Assembly: GCA_964247055.1 (NCBI GenBank)
Contig: OZ176058.1
Coordinates: 2,480,001 to 2,544,000 of the forward strand
DNA length: 64,000 nucleotides
DNA from: Paragordius varius
Taxonomy: Eukaryota; Animalia; Nematomorpha
Direction: 5' to 3'
Under the pieces are notes generated by a model. It made no database searches, was not told where the DNA came from, and saw only the letters and a program-made list of their open reading frames with translations. Shown piece by piece: positions 47,860 to 59,949 of the stretch (its first letter is position 1; each line of letters begins with the position of its first letter). Made by a program: the position numbers and the translations under genes.

Positions 47860-48085
47860 TTATGTGAGCGCACATAGTAAGTAGTAGGGGAGAAAACAAT
47901 CTGTGCGTGAGAAGAAGAAAGGCGCCCATATTGCGCACCAAACAAATAAACAAACGAACAAGAGAGGGAAAAAAATGCACGTGTACGATTTTTCTAGAAG
48001 GGGGGAGAAAAGGCGCAATGCGCACATTAATTTGATTGGGTGAGCACACACACGTGTGCTTTCCCCCCTATATAAAGGGAAATAA
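47860..48085 (+). promoter_or_regulatory. GC-enriched promoter-like block with TATA box upstream of the decayed gene
   Basis: CpG-containing block with ATTGG (reverse CCAAT), CACGTG E-boxes and TATATAAA at 48069-48076, about 105 nt before the first candidate ATG (48181). Confidence 0.45.
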
Positions 48086-49149
48086 TTTTTTAAATTTTAT
48101 TAATTTAATTTTTTTTTGCAAATTACATTTTATGGATAGAATGGAATTCATTTGTTTTCCTCTCTCTCTCTTGTTCCACTATGCAATGTATTGCTAACTT
48201 GGATTATCTTATATTAAATTAAGGTAAAATTATTTTAATTTTATAGATTTTACTCAAACCCACGGAACACTACTTACGGTTGAGATTAAAACAGGAAATG
48301 GATGACAATATTTATTTGAAATAATTTCAGGTAAAGCCATTTTTTTATAATTATAGATTACGGAATATTTAAATAATGAACAATGAATAGTGAAAACATG
48401 TTGAGATTGTGCAACCGAAATGGCAAATCTAACTATTACATTTTAGCCTAATCAATATTAGTAAGTTTCGCATGTTTTGTTTTTATTAAAAGTACATGGT
48501 TAGATGTGCATAAAATACGAATAGAAATAGAAAGAACATTGTTGATTATTTTTTGCTTTTATCATAAAAAATTTCGTTTTTTGTTATTTTGGAAATTTTA
48601 AACAATGTTTAGAATTTTTTTAATTTACTGTACTTGTACGAATAATGGCTAATAATTACATATTTGTAGCTCTTTTAATCTTCTAACCTTTCAAATTTAT
48701 TTTTTGATAGGGGAAGTTAACGTAAAAAGGTTAACACATGATACCATTTTTATTGAGGTGTATATTTTCTTTATGCCAAATTTTAATAAAAATATTTTAG
48801 GACTATTGCATGTATTTACCTGAACAACTAAATAAATGTCTATTTATATATTTATATTGAACTGGTGAAGGTTTTCTATTCTTGTAAATTTTCTAAATTT
48901 GTTTCTGTGTAATTTTTAATTTTCTTGCATGCGTGTTAATTAATAATAGTTGCCTAAGATATTCATTGAAATTAAAATATTAATAAAACATTTAATCACA
49001 GTGTTAATTATTTAAATATTTTAGAAAAGATATCTAACTCTCCAGAATTTAAAAATTTTGAGAAAAATAAACAGAATCTTAATTTGAAAATAACTAAATC
49101 TTGTAAAGTTGTTAACCGGAATGTTCAAAGGTGTTAAAAAAATTCTAAA

Positions 49150-52100
49150 AACATAATTATTAAAAAGAATTACATGGAAAACTTTTTTACTTCAAAATAG
49201 CTCTAAAATTTTTTAAAAAAGAGCGTTTAAAAAAAGTACCAAATTTTATATTGTTAATTAATAGTCCTAATATTTTATAAACGAATTTCTAAATTCCAAG
49301 AATCGGTAAAAATCCTTAAATTTTAAATAGCTCTAAATTTTTTAATTTCTAAAAAGTAGTAAAATTACAAAAAACCGGTAGGATTATTAAAAATTTTTTA
49401 TAAATGCATAAATTGATTATCATTAACAAAGGCCAATTACCTAAAGTTCTTTAAAAAAGCGCAAGTATTCTCTTTAGAAACTGCTAAAATTTTGTGAAAA
49501 TCATCTGAAGAGGCTAAAATTTCTAAAATTACTTAGAATTCTATAAAAATTTTTTATTTTTTTTAAATGTAAAAAGCGCTTGAAATTTTTTAAAAATGTC
49601 TATTTTTTTAAATTTTAAACAAACGATGAAATTATTTAAAAACTACTGAATACTCTAGAAAACGCTGAAATCTCATAAAAGCTAAAGTTGCCTAAAAATG
49701 GCTATTTCTTACTTAAATTTTAAAATTTCTTAAAAACCGTTAAAATTTTGAAAACCGATAAATTGTTTATAAATTGATGAAATTCTACAAAAAAAGTCGA
49801 AAATTGTTTAAAAACCTTTAAAATTCTAACCGCTAAAACCATCTAAAAGCGTTAAAATTCTGTTAAAAACCAAAATTTACTAACCTACAAAATTTTATAA
49901 AAAGAGACAAAATTGTTTTAAAAAACCTTTAAAAATATCTAAAAACCACTAAAACTCAATTGGCTAATTTTTATTAAAATTCGAAAAACGCTAATTACAA
50001 AAAATCATAAGATTCTTTAATACACCAAAAATTCTAAAAATCATACTTTAAACAACCTAAAAACCACAAAATTTTTCAAAAAACCTCTAATATATAAACG
50101 CTAAAACCCTAAAAGATGCTGAATTTTTTTAAAAAGCGTAAATATTCCTTTTTAATAAAAAAATGTGTTGAAATTCTTTAAAAATTGCTATCTTCTAAAA
50201 ACCGCTAAAACTCTCAATCCAAAACCCTCTAAAAAGGGTAAATATTTTTTTAATAAATGCGCTTGAAATTCTTAAAAAATTGCAAAAATTCTTCAAAAAT
50301 TGCTGAAACTATCAAAAACTGCTAAAATTCTTTAAAAAGCGTAAATATTCTTTTGAATAAAAGTATGGGCTAAAACTCTTAAAAAACCGCCGACATTGTT
50401 CTGAAACCGACAAAATTGTTTAAAAAGGGCTAAAGTTGTAAAAAACCTCTTAAATTATCTAAAAAATCGTAACTATACTTTTTAAATATAATATGGCTGA
50501 AATTATCTAAAAACCGATAATACTCTCTAAAAAGCGCCAAAATTCTTTAAAAAAGCGCAAAAAATTTTTTTTAATGAAAATATGGGCTAAAACTTTCCAA
50601 AAAACGCTAAAATTTTTTTAAAAAGCTCTAAAACTCTCTAAAAACCGCTAAAACTCTCTAAAAACCGCTAAAATTCTCTAAAAACCACTAAAACTCTCAA
50701 AAAAGCGCCAAAATTCTTTAAAAAAGCGCAAAAATTTTTTTTAATGAAAATATGGGCTAAAACTTTCCAAAAAACGCTAAAATTTTTTTAAAAAGCTCTA
50801 AAACTCTCTAAAAACCGCTAAAACTCTCTAAAAACCGCTAAAACTCTCTAAAAACCGCTAAAATTCTCTAAAAACCACTAAAACTCTCAAAAAAGCGCCA
50901 AAATTCTTTAAAAAAGCGCAAAATTTTTTTTAATGAAAATATGGGCTAAAACTTTCCAAAAAACGCTAAAATTTTTTTAAAAAGCTCTAAAACTCTCTAA
51001 AAACCGCTAACTCTTTCTAAAAAGCGTAAATATCCTTTTAAAATAATAATATGTAAAATTTTTTTAAAAAGCGCTAAAACTCCCTAAAAAGCGCTAAAAC
51101 TCTTTAAAAAACGCTAAAACTCTATAAAAAACTCTAAAACTCCTCAAAACCGTTAAAACTCTTTTAAAACCGCTAAAACTCTTTAAAAAGCTCTAAAACT
51201 CTCTCAAAACCGCTAAAACTCTCTTAAAACCGCTAAACTCTCTCAAAACCGCTAAAACTCTCTAAAAACTGCTAAAACTCTCTAAAAACTGCTAAAACTC
51301 TCTAAAAAACGCTAAAACTCTCTAAAAAACGCTAAAACTCTCTAAAAAATGCTAAAACTTTCTAAAAAACGCTAAAACTCTTTAAAAAAGCGTAAATATC
51401 CTTTTTAATTAAAAATATGGGCTAAAACTTTCCAAAAAACGCTAAATTTTTTTTAAAAAGCTCTAAAACTCTCTAAAAACCTCTAACTAAAACTCTCTAA
51501 AAAAACGCTAAAATTCTCTTAAAACCGCTAAAACTCTCTCAAAACCGCTAAAACTCTCTCAAAACCGCTAAAACTCTCTCAAAACCGCTAAAACTCTCTC
51601 AAAACCGCTAAAACTCTCTCAAAACCGCTAAAACTCTCTATAAACCGCTAAAACTCTCTAAAAACCGCTAAAACTCTCTAAAAACCGCTAAATCTCTTAA
51701 AAAACCGCTAAATCTCTTAAAAAAGTCTAAATTATCTTTTTGAATAAAAATATGAGCTAAAACTTTAAAACTCTCTCATAACCGCTAAAACTCTTTCATA
51801 ACCGCTAAAACTCTCTCAAAACCGCTAAAACTCTCTTTAAACCGCTAAAACTTTCTTTAAACCGCTAAAACTCTCTCAAAACCGCTAAAACTCTCTTAAA
51901 AGCGCTAAAACTCTCTAAAAAAGCGTAAATATCCTTTTTAAATAAAAATATGGGCTAAAACTTTCCAAAAAACGCTAAAACCTTTTAAAAAAGCTTTAAA
52001 ACTCTCTAAAAACCGCTAATTCTCTTAAAAATGCATAAATATCCTTTTTAAATAAAAATATGTAAAATTTTTTTAAAAAGCGCTAAAACTGTCTAAAAAG

Positions 52101-53100
52101 CTCTAAAACTATTTTAAAACCGCTAAAACTCTCTCAAAACCGCTAAAACTCTCTAAAAAAAACTCTCTAAAAAGCTCTAAAACTCTCTCAAAACCGCTAA
52201 AACTCTCTTAAAAGCTTTAATATTCTCTTAAAACCGCAAAACTCTTTTAAAAGCTTTAAAACTCTCTCAAAACCGCTGAAATTCTCTCAAAACCGCTAAA
52301 ACTCTCTAAAAACCGCTAAAACTCTCTAAAAACCGCTAAAACTTTCTAAAAAGCTCTAAAACTCTCTAAAAACTGCTAAAACTCTCTAAAAATTGCTAAA
52401 ACTCTCTAAAAACTGCTAAATCTCTCTAAAAACTGTAAAACTTTCTAAAAAACGCTAAAACTCTTTAAAAAAGCGTAAATATCCTTTTTAATTAAAAATA
52501 TGGGCTAAAACTTTCCAAAAAACGCTATTAAATAAAAATATGAGCTAAAACTTTCCAAAAAACGCTAAAACTTTTTTAAAAAGCTCTAAAACTCTCTCAT
52601 AACCGCTAAGACTCTCTAAAAACCTCTGAAGAAACCGCTAAAATTCTCTAAAATACGCTAAAACTCTTTTAAAAGCTTTAAAACTCTCTAAAAACCGCTA
52701 AAACTCTCTAAAAACCGCTAAAACTCTCTAAAAACCGCTAAAATTCTCTAAAAATCACTAAAACTCTCAAAAAAGCGCCAAAATTCTTTAAAAAAGCGCA
52801 AAATTTTTTTTTAATGAAAATATGGGCTCAAACTTTCCAAAAAACGCTAAAAATTTTTTAAAAAGCTCTAAAACTTTCTAAAAACCTCTAAAACTCTCTA
52901 AAAAAACGCTAAAACTCTCTCAAAACCGCTAAAACCCTCTAAAAAGCGCCAAAATTCTAAACAAACCGCAAAAATTCTAAACAAACCGCAAAACTGTCTA
53001 AAAACGCCAAATTGTCTAAAACTTAAAATTTAAAAAAGCGAGCGTAAATATACTTTTTAACAGAAAATATGCGCTAAAAAATTAAAATGGCTATTTTTAA
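49150..53100. repeat. Intronic satellite, ~20-21-bp unit AAAACCGCTAAAACTCTCT(A/C), with ~170-190-bp higher-order units
   Basis: Homogeneous core at about 50600-52950; spacer block GCGTAAATATCCTTTT...AATATGGGCTAAAACTTTCC recurs; degenerate flanks continue to 54500 and again at 56100-57200. Confidence 0.95.
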
Positions 53101-55454
53101 ATTTACTAAATATCTTCAAATGCAAACCTCTTTAACCGCAAAAGTGCTTAAATTTTCTGCACACATATGCCACCTTTTTTATTTAAATTATATTATTTTA
53201 CCAATTACCCATTTTAAAATATCGTATTTATAATTTTTATCTTAATATATTCTTTAGAATATGTTGTCCTAAAGAAGTAAACAGGACTTTCTCGGCCTGC
53301 TGCGCAAAACTGCTATAGAAAGTTACCTAAAATGTTTCGGAATTGGGTAATTAATATTTTATATTTATCGTTTATATCATTATTATCTTTATAAGCTGTT
53401 CTTATTTAATTAGCTTTTATCATCTGTTTATCAGGGTTTATTAATCAGTTTATCAGTTGTTTTCAATTGTTTTTAGTTTAAAAAATTTGGCTAGCTTGAT
53501 ATATTTTAAAGATAGTTACTTTTTCTAAAAAAGAATATGTAGAATATATAGAAAGAATAATAACTGTTATATAGTACTTTTATATCGTTTTTAAAAAAAT
53601 TTTTCAATTAATATCGAAACGTAATAAAGCATTCAATCATCAATTATTACATTTTTCTTTATTTTAATATAGATGGATGTGTTTCTTGTATGATATGCTG
53701 CCCAAAACGCGGAAACGAAGCCTAATGTAAAAGCTCTATTGAATATTATGGATGAATTTGGTATTTATATTTAGATTATTAATTTTTAGAATAGTTCTTT
53801 TTGCAGAGAATATAAATATTCCTTTTTTCTTTATAACTATTCGTGAAAAACAAATCATTTAAAAACAAATTTGTTATGAAACAGATGGCTTAATTAAAAG
53901 GCTGAATTTTATAAAATCTAAAACAGTAAAAATTTTTTAATAATTTCTTAAAATCTAAAACAGTAAATTTCAAAAAAGCGCTAAATTCTCTAAAAAGCGC
54001 TGAAAATTTCTAAATCTGCTGAAATACCCTATAAATCTGCTATTTTTTTTTTAAAAAAAGCTAAAATTATCCAAAAAACCGCTTAAATTTTCTAATTTTA
54101 AATATAAAACAGTAATTTTTATAAAAAAAGGCTAATGTTTTAAATTAAAACAGAATTTTCTTAAAGGGGCCAATTTTTTAAGTCTAAAAAGCTGAAATTG
54201 TCTAAAAATGGTCATTCTTTACAAAAAATTTATAAACCGCAAGCTCTTTAACCGAAGTCCGTACTTTTTTAACAGCTAAAAAGTATTTAAAAATGCTGTT
54301 TTTTAAATCTAAAGTCTATTTAATCTCTAAAAACAAACACCGTAAAATGGCTAACTTTTTTCAAATATAAAAAACCACAGATCTTTTTAAAACCCGGTAA
54401 CTTTCTGCAAACTTTTTTAAAAACTCCATTTTTTTAGATCCTAAAAACCGCTAAAACTAAAATATCACTAGATTTTTTCAAAACTGCAGCATTATTGAAA
54501 TATTCCGCAAAAATACGCCTTTTTTTATATAAAATACTTTATTAAGTAGCGTTTTTTTTAAAAAAAATTTAAATATATTGTAACGTATTAATTTTTTTAT
54601 TTTATTTGATTTAGAATACCTCAGTTAATTGCGCAAAACTGTTGACGAAAGTTTTCCTAGAATATTTCGGAATTTGGTAATTATAATTTGTTTTTTTAAC
54701 AGTTTTTAATTATTTGTTTTTATCTGCTTTTTAACGTGTTTTATAAATCGGTTATGATTTAATTATTATGTTGATCAGTTTTTATGTTAATAGCTTATAT
54801 CATTTGTTTATCAGTTGTTTTATTTAATCAATCTTTTTTAGTAAATCAGTTTATTTTTTAAAAACTGATGTAATTTATTTAACCATATTCTAAAGATAGT
54901 TGATATCGTTTTAAAAAACGAAAATGTATAATATATAGAAGCAAAAACTGTTATTTGAATTTGATATTATTGTTAAATCTTTTCAATTTAAGCGGAGAAT
55001 AGAAATAATTAATAAATTTTTTAATTAACTATTTATAAAAACAATTGATTTATAAATTATTATGACTGGCTTGAATTCAATGCTAACTTTATTAAAACAG
55101 CTGATCTATATTATAAATAACACCTGATTGATTACTAAACAGTTGAATTTTTAAATCAGCTGATTAAATGAAATGGTCTTGTTAATATGTTTTAAAAGAA
55201 TTTAATTTGTTTTTTAAAATTCAGTAGATTTGTTAAAAGATATTAAGTTTAAAAATATAAAAATAATTTGTTAATTATTAAAAACCCAATTTTAATTCAA
55301 ATCAACTGTTTTATTTAAATAATAATAACCTTTTTTTAATTGTAACCATATTCTAATTTTACAAAAACAGCTGATTTATTTAAATTAAAATGATAATTAA
55401 ACCGCAAAAGTTGTTTATATTGATATCTATTATTTTAAATTTACAACTCTATCA

Positions 55455-55685
55455 AAATAATCAGTTGTTTTTATTAATCAGTTGTTTTACTTAATCAGTT
55501 GTTTTTATTAATCATTTTAATCATTATATTTAATCAGTTGTTTTTAATAATAAGTCTTTATTATTCAGTTGTTTTTAATAATAATATTAATCAGTTTTTT
55601 TTATTAATTAGTTGTTTTTATTAATCAGTTGTTACAAACTAATTGTTTTAAATAATCAATTGTTTTGAATAATCAGAAACTACTA
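55455..55685. repeat. Minisatellite (ATTAATCAGTTGTTTTT)n
   Basis: About 10 degenerate copies; related runs follow the exons ending at 53346 and 54676. Confidence 0.8.
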
Positions 55686-56370
55686 AAATTATTGTAACAC
55701 AGAAACTCTTGTAAAACTAAATTTTTTAGTACTAATTGAATTCTTTTAAAAGCGAAAAAACTAAAATTTTTTGCAAAAGAGTTAAATCAATAAATTCTCA
55801 AAAATATGCCAACTCTTTATTTTATAAATTACATTATTGACCTTTTTTAAAATTTTATTATATTTTTTCATTTTTTTCATTTAGAATATGATGGTTGCCT
55901 CAGTTATTTGCCAAAAACTGATAAAGAAAATCGAAATTTTGAAATTTGGTAATTATTATTTGTATTTATTTTATTAATCGGTTTTTACGTAAAACCTAAC
56001 TAATATACTTTTTTAATTTTTTTTATTAACCACATGTAAATTAATCAGTGTTTTTATAATGCCTTTTTTTCAATAATAAGTTGTTTAAATCAGCTGTTTA
56101 TTAATCAGATGCTTTTTTTAAAAAACGGTTAACATCAAATAAAAAAAATTATTAGTTAAAAATTGCTAAACTTTTTAAGAACCACAAAGTTTGTTATAAA
56201 AGAGGATTTTTTGAAGCCAAAAAAACCCGTGAAGATTTTCAAAACCAATTTATTTTATTGAAAAACCGCCAACATAACTAAAATATAGCTAGTTTTTGCT
56301 TAAAAAACACTAATTTTTATTATAAAACCGTTGAAGTTTATTTAATTAATGAAAACTGCTAAATGATATA

Positions 56371-56678
56371 CCATTTACAGTCCAAATTCACCCTTGAACA
56401 ATTCAAATTCACCCTTGAACAATTCAAATTCACCCTTAAAATAAATTATGTGTTTTCGAACTAATATAACTCATTATTAATATAAAATATATGTTTTTGG
56501 CATAATTAATTATTTTTTTCAGTGTTATTTTAATTTAAAACAAAATTTTATTTTTTAAAAATATATTAAAATATAGGTAATTTTTAATCTTAAAAAACAT
56601 ATTATTTATTTGAGGGTGAATTTGAATTGTTCAAGGGTGAATTTGAATTGTTCAAGGGTGAATTTGAACTGTAAATGG
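56371..56678. mobile_element. 308-bp MITE with long TIRs built of 21-bp repeats (CCATTTACAG...CTGTAAATGG)
   Basis: Left CCATTTACAGTCCAAATTCACCCTTGAACAATTCAAATTCACCCTTGAACAATTCAAATTCACCCT is the near-perfect reverse complement of the right end; flanked by TATA on both sides. Superfamily not assigned. Confidence 0.9.
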
Positions 56679-58179
56679 TATAACATTGATAAGAACCTTT
56701 AAATTTGTTTTATAAACCGCTAATATATATCAATTAACCTATTTTTTTCATGAAAACCGCTAATATATATCAATTACCCTATTTTTTCATGAAAACCGCT
56801 AAATTTTATATGTTTATGAATAATCTCCTATTTATTATAAAAATTTCTATTTTTTTTTATTAAAAACCGTTAAAGTAGTAAACAACCGCATATCTTAAAG
56901 GAAATTTTCAAAAACGGCTGAGGTGTATTAAAAAATTATTATTTATTTTAAAAACCACTAAATTTAACCACCAATATCTATTAAAATCCATAATTGTTTT
57001 TGAAACCGCTAATTTATTTTTAAAAACCGTTGAATCATAAATTAAAACCGCTAAATAATAAGAGATTCTTAGAATAGCTAATCATTATTTAAACCCAGCG
57101 AAATATTTATAAAACCGCACAAACTGCTAAATTTATTATAACACTATAATCTTCTTAAAAACCGTTAAATATCTAAAAATTACTAAATCTAAATCAGCTA
57201 ATATTTTAAAAGCCTCAACAAATTTTTTAATTTTATATATAAAACCTATTTTTTATTAAACGAGAGGTATTATTACATAAATGATAGAAGGCGTTTATAT
57301 AAAAGTTGTTGGTTAATTTTATTTGCAATAAATACCCACTGTTTTTCTTTTTTAAATTTTTTTCTGTTCCGTAGAGTTTGTGGTCTAGGGTTAGGGTGAG
57401 GGATTGGAGTTGGTTCATTATCTTAAAGAAGTCCGCAATTTCTTTTTTATTAATTTATATATTGATTATTTGGGGTTTTAAGCTTGTAACATAAAAGTTA
57501 ATTTTACCAAAACCACAAAAATTTGTTTTTAAAAACCACAATTTGGCCAAAAACGAGCGAAAAAGTCTATTCTCTTTGAAACTTTTAATATGGGTTAATG
57601 TCTTCACATTATTTATAAATTATTACATTTAATTAGAGAAATCTTTTGATAAAATTGGTATTGAAAAACTACTCTCTAAATACCATTTTTGTTATAAATA
57701 AAAGCGCACTATTACTTGTAATATTTAATTTTTTTAATTTTAATAAAAGTTTTTAATTTATATAATATTAAATTGAGGTGGGTTCTTTAATATGGGTTGC
57801 TTGAAATGCAACTTAAATAGGCTTAATTTTACTTATAAACTACAATCAGGCTAAAAATGAGCAAAAACAGCTGACAAACTGAATTTTTTATTCATTAGGA
57901 TAAGCGTTTTTGACTATAAGGATTTTTTAATTCATATAAATCAATATAAATTTTATCTATTTGGTTTATTTAGAAAATACCTACACGAAATCCAAAATAC
58001 AACCAAAACATAAGACAAAAATGAATCAAAGACAGAAAAACAAGAATAACTTAACCAGACAAGAATGAATATTAAAGAAAATTAATATTTTTTTATATAA
58101 ATTATTCAATAAATGTTGTGTACTAATTGAGATTTTTTATTGAAAAAAATTAAAAAATATTAATAAATATATATAACAC

Positions 58180-58870
58180 CCCCCCCCCCCCCAAAGGGCG
58201 AGAAAAAAATTAAAAAATATTCTAAGTCCAAAATTTTATTTTGAGCGTCCGGGAGTAAGAGTGCTCAAATTAAAATTTTGGACTTGGCCTGCAACAAACT
58301 CATTATACTTGTGGAGAGTTTTTGGGCCAACTCTCTAATGGGAGGAATAAATCCTAGGATAACTACTCTTTCAAGAGCTGATTTTCCCCACTCGTGTGAA
58401 GGGGGATTTATTCCTCCCATTAGAGAGTCATTTGGCCCAAAAACTCTCCACAAGGATAATGAGAGTTTGTTGTGCGATCATCCCCAATGAGATCCTTGAG
58501 TGCGTCTTGCCATCAATCAGCTCCAGGCATGATTTGTCTTCTCCCCATTGCCGTGTGCCAGGTATTGTGGAAGTTCCCAGCAGATCCCTCCTGCCCAATG
58601 TGCCAAAGTCCATCAACACCTAAAAATTAAGATTACCTCGTAATAAGTAGGTTCCTCTTCCTGTATCGCTACATCAATCGTCCAGTCCCAAATCCCCAGC
58701 ATTTGATCTGTGCACGGCTTCTGAATTCCGCAATGTAGGCTTTTCCCGTGGAGTTCGGTTCGCTCCTTGATTCACGCAACAATCCTTGGTTGATAGTCCT
58801 GATTCACGTCCCGATCCCTGATTGTCATAGGAGAAGAAGGCCTAAAGCCTTCGAATTTGTTTTTTCAACC
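58180..58870 (-). other. GC-rich island with a disrupted ORF of unknown origin and two adjacent fold-back hairpins
   Basis: GC roughly double the surroundings by eye; poly-C at about 58179-58192; hairpins 58224-58285 and 58292-58472; minus-strand frame of about 150 codons with one TGA and a 17-nt GT-AG interruption. Confidence 0.6.
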
Positions 58871-59949
58871 AGCCTCTCATATAAACTTTTTTCTGATTGC
58901 AATCATAGGCGCTTAGATTTACTAATACATCCATATATGTACTCTCGTGTTCAAAAATGCAAATTACAGAAACTAACAATCTTATGGACACTAGGCGTGT
59001 CTTTAGATTTTCGTTTTAATAATTTTGCTTTTATTTACCAGCTCAATTCCTTATTATATGCTCTCTTTATCTATTAAATCAGCGGAATTGGTGGAATAGT
59101 TTAATTTATTTTATATGCATGCGCTAAAGTCTATTCCCTGCAGCAAATATGATTTATTTAAAATTTTGCACATGGAACGCACAACTTCATTTAAACCATG
59201 TCTTCATTATGCTAATTACAACTATTAGATATTCATTGTCAAATTGGATTCATCATTCAACAATTGTTTTAATCCCTCATAGTATAAGCGATCCTTTCAC
59301 CGTTGACAAAAGGGAAAGTGTGGCATAGTGATGTGACAGTCCATTCCAATGACACGCTTTATGAACTAATTTGATTGCCATCTCTTGCACCAATATTCCG
59401 AGATGGCTCTAACTTCACAACAAAGTATGTTTTTTTATCAAAATTTGGCCAAATCTTTTACTGTATATTTAGTATAGTTTAGATTTTAATATGATATATT
59501 AAGGGTTTGCCTTTATAAATTAACTCTAATAACAAAAGACATTATATATATATATATAAACAGCCCTGCCTTTTTAAATTTTGATATTTCTCGCATAAAC
59601 TAATATAATTTTGTGGATTAACCCATCCCTTCTATTCCTGCAATCCAAAACTTTGTTAGAATCTATTTAATTTTATTTGTGTTAACTCGACAATAACAAC
59701 CCTTGAAAGTATGATAAAAATACTTTTTCAATAATAATTCTTAAGATTTGTTATTAAAAATATTATTGTTTTATTCGTCTGCAATTTTATATTAAAGTTA
59801 TAACCATTATGTTAATTTAATATCTTATTTTTTATTTAATCATTGTTATGGTATTTTTTATTTACATCATAATGTTATTTATGCGATTTTTGCATTGCCG
59901 ATTGTTATAGGTTAACACAGTTTGATTACTTCTTAAAAAAGTTAAACAC

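Larger units (their letters stand above)
48181..55948 (+). pseudogene. Decayed multi-exon gene of unknown product (N-terminal part faintly cadherin-like, C-terminal Cys-rich repeated exons)
   Basis: AG/GT-bounded segments 48181-48223, 48247-48330, 48357-48460, 48711-48757, 48801-48870, 49025-49130, 53258-53346, 53673-53760, 54615-54676, 55885-55948 form a consistent phase chain if one nt was lost in the third. About 10 in-frame stops of all three types. Confidence 0.55.

Noticed and set aside
51025-52490. Repeated ATATCCTTT (U12 5' splice site consensus) in the satellite spacer
   Set aside because: It is part of the amplified spacer unit, with no associated TCCTTAAC branch site or exon context; likely coincidence.
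50600-52950. Regular short repeats superficially like a CRISPR array
   Set aside because: No unique spacers; units are contiguous tandem repeats in a eukaryotic intron, and there are no cas genes.
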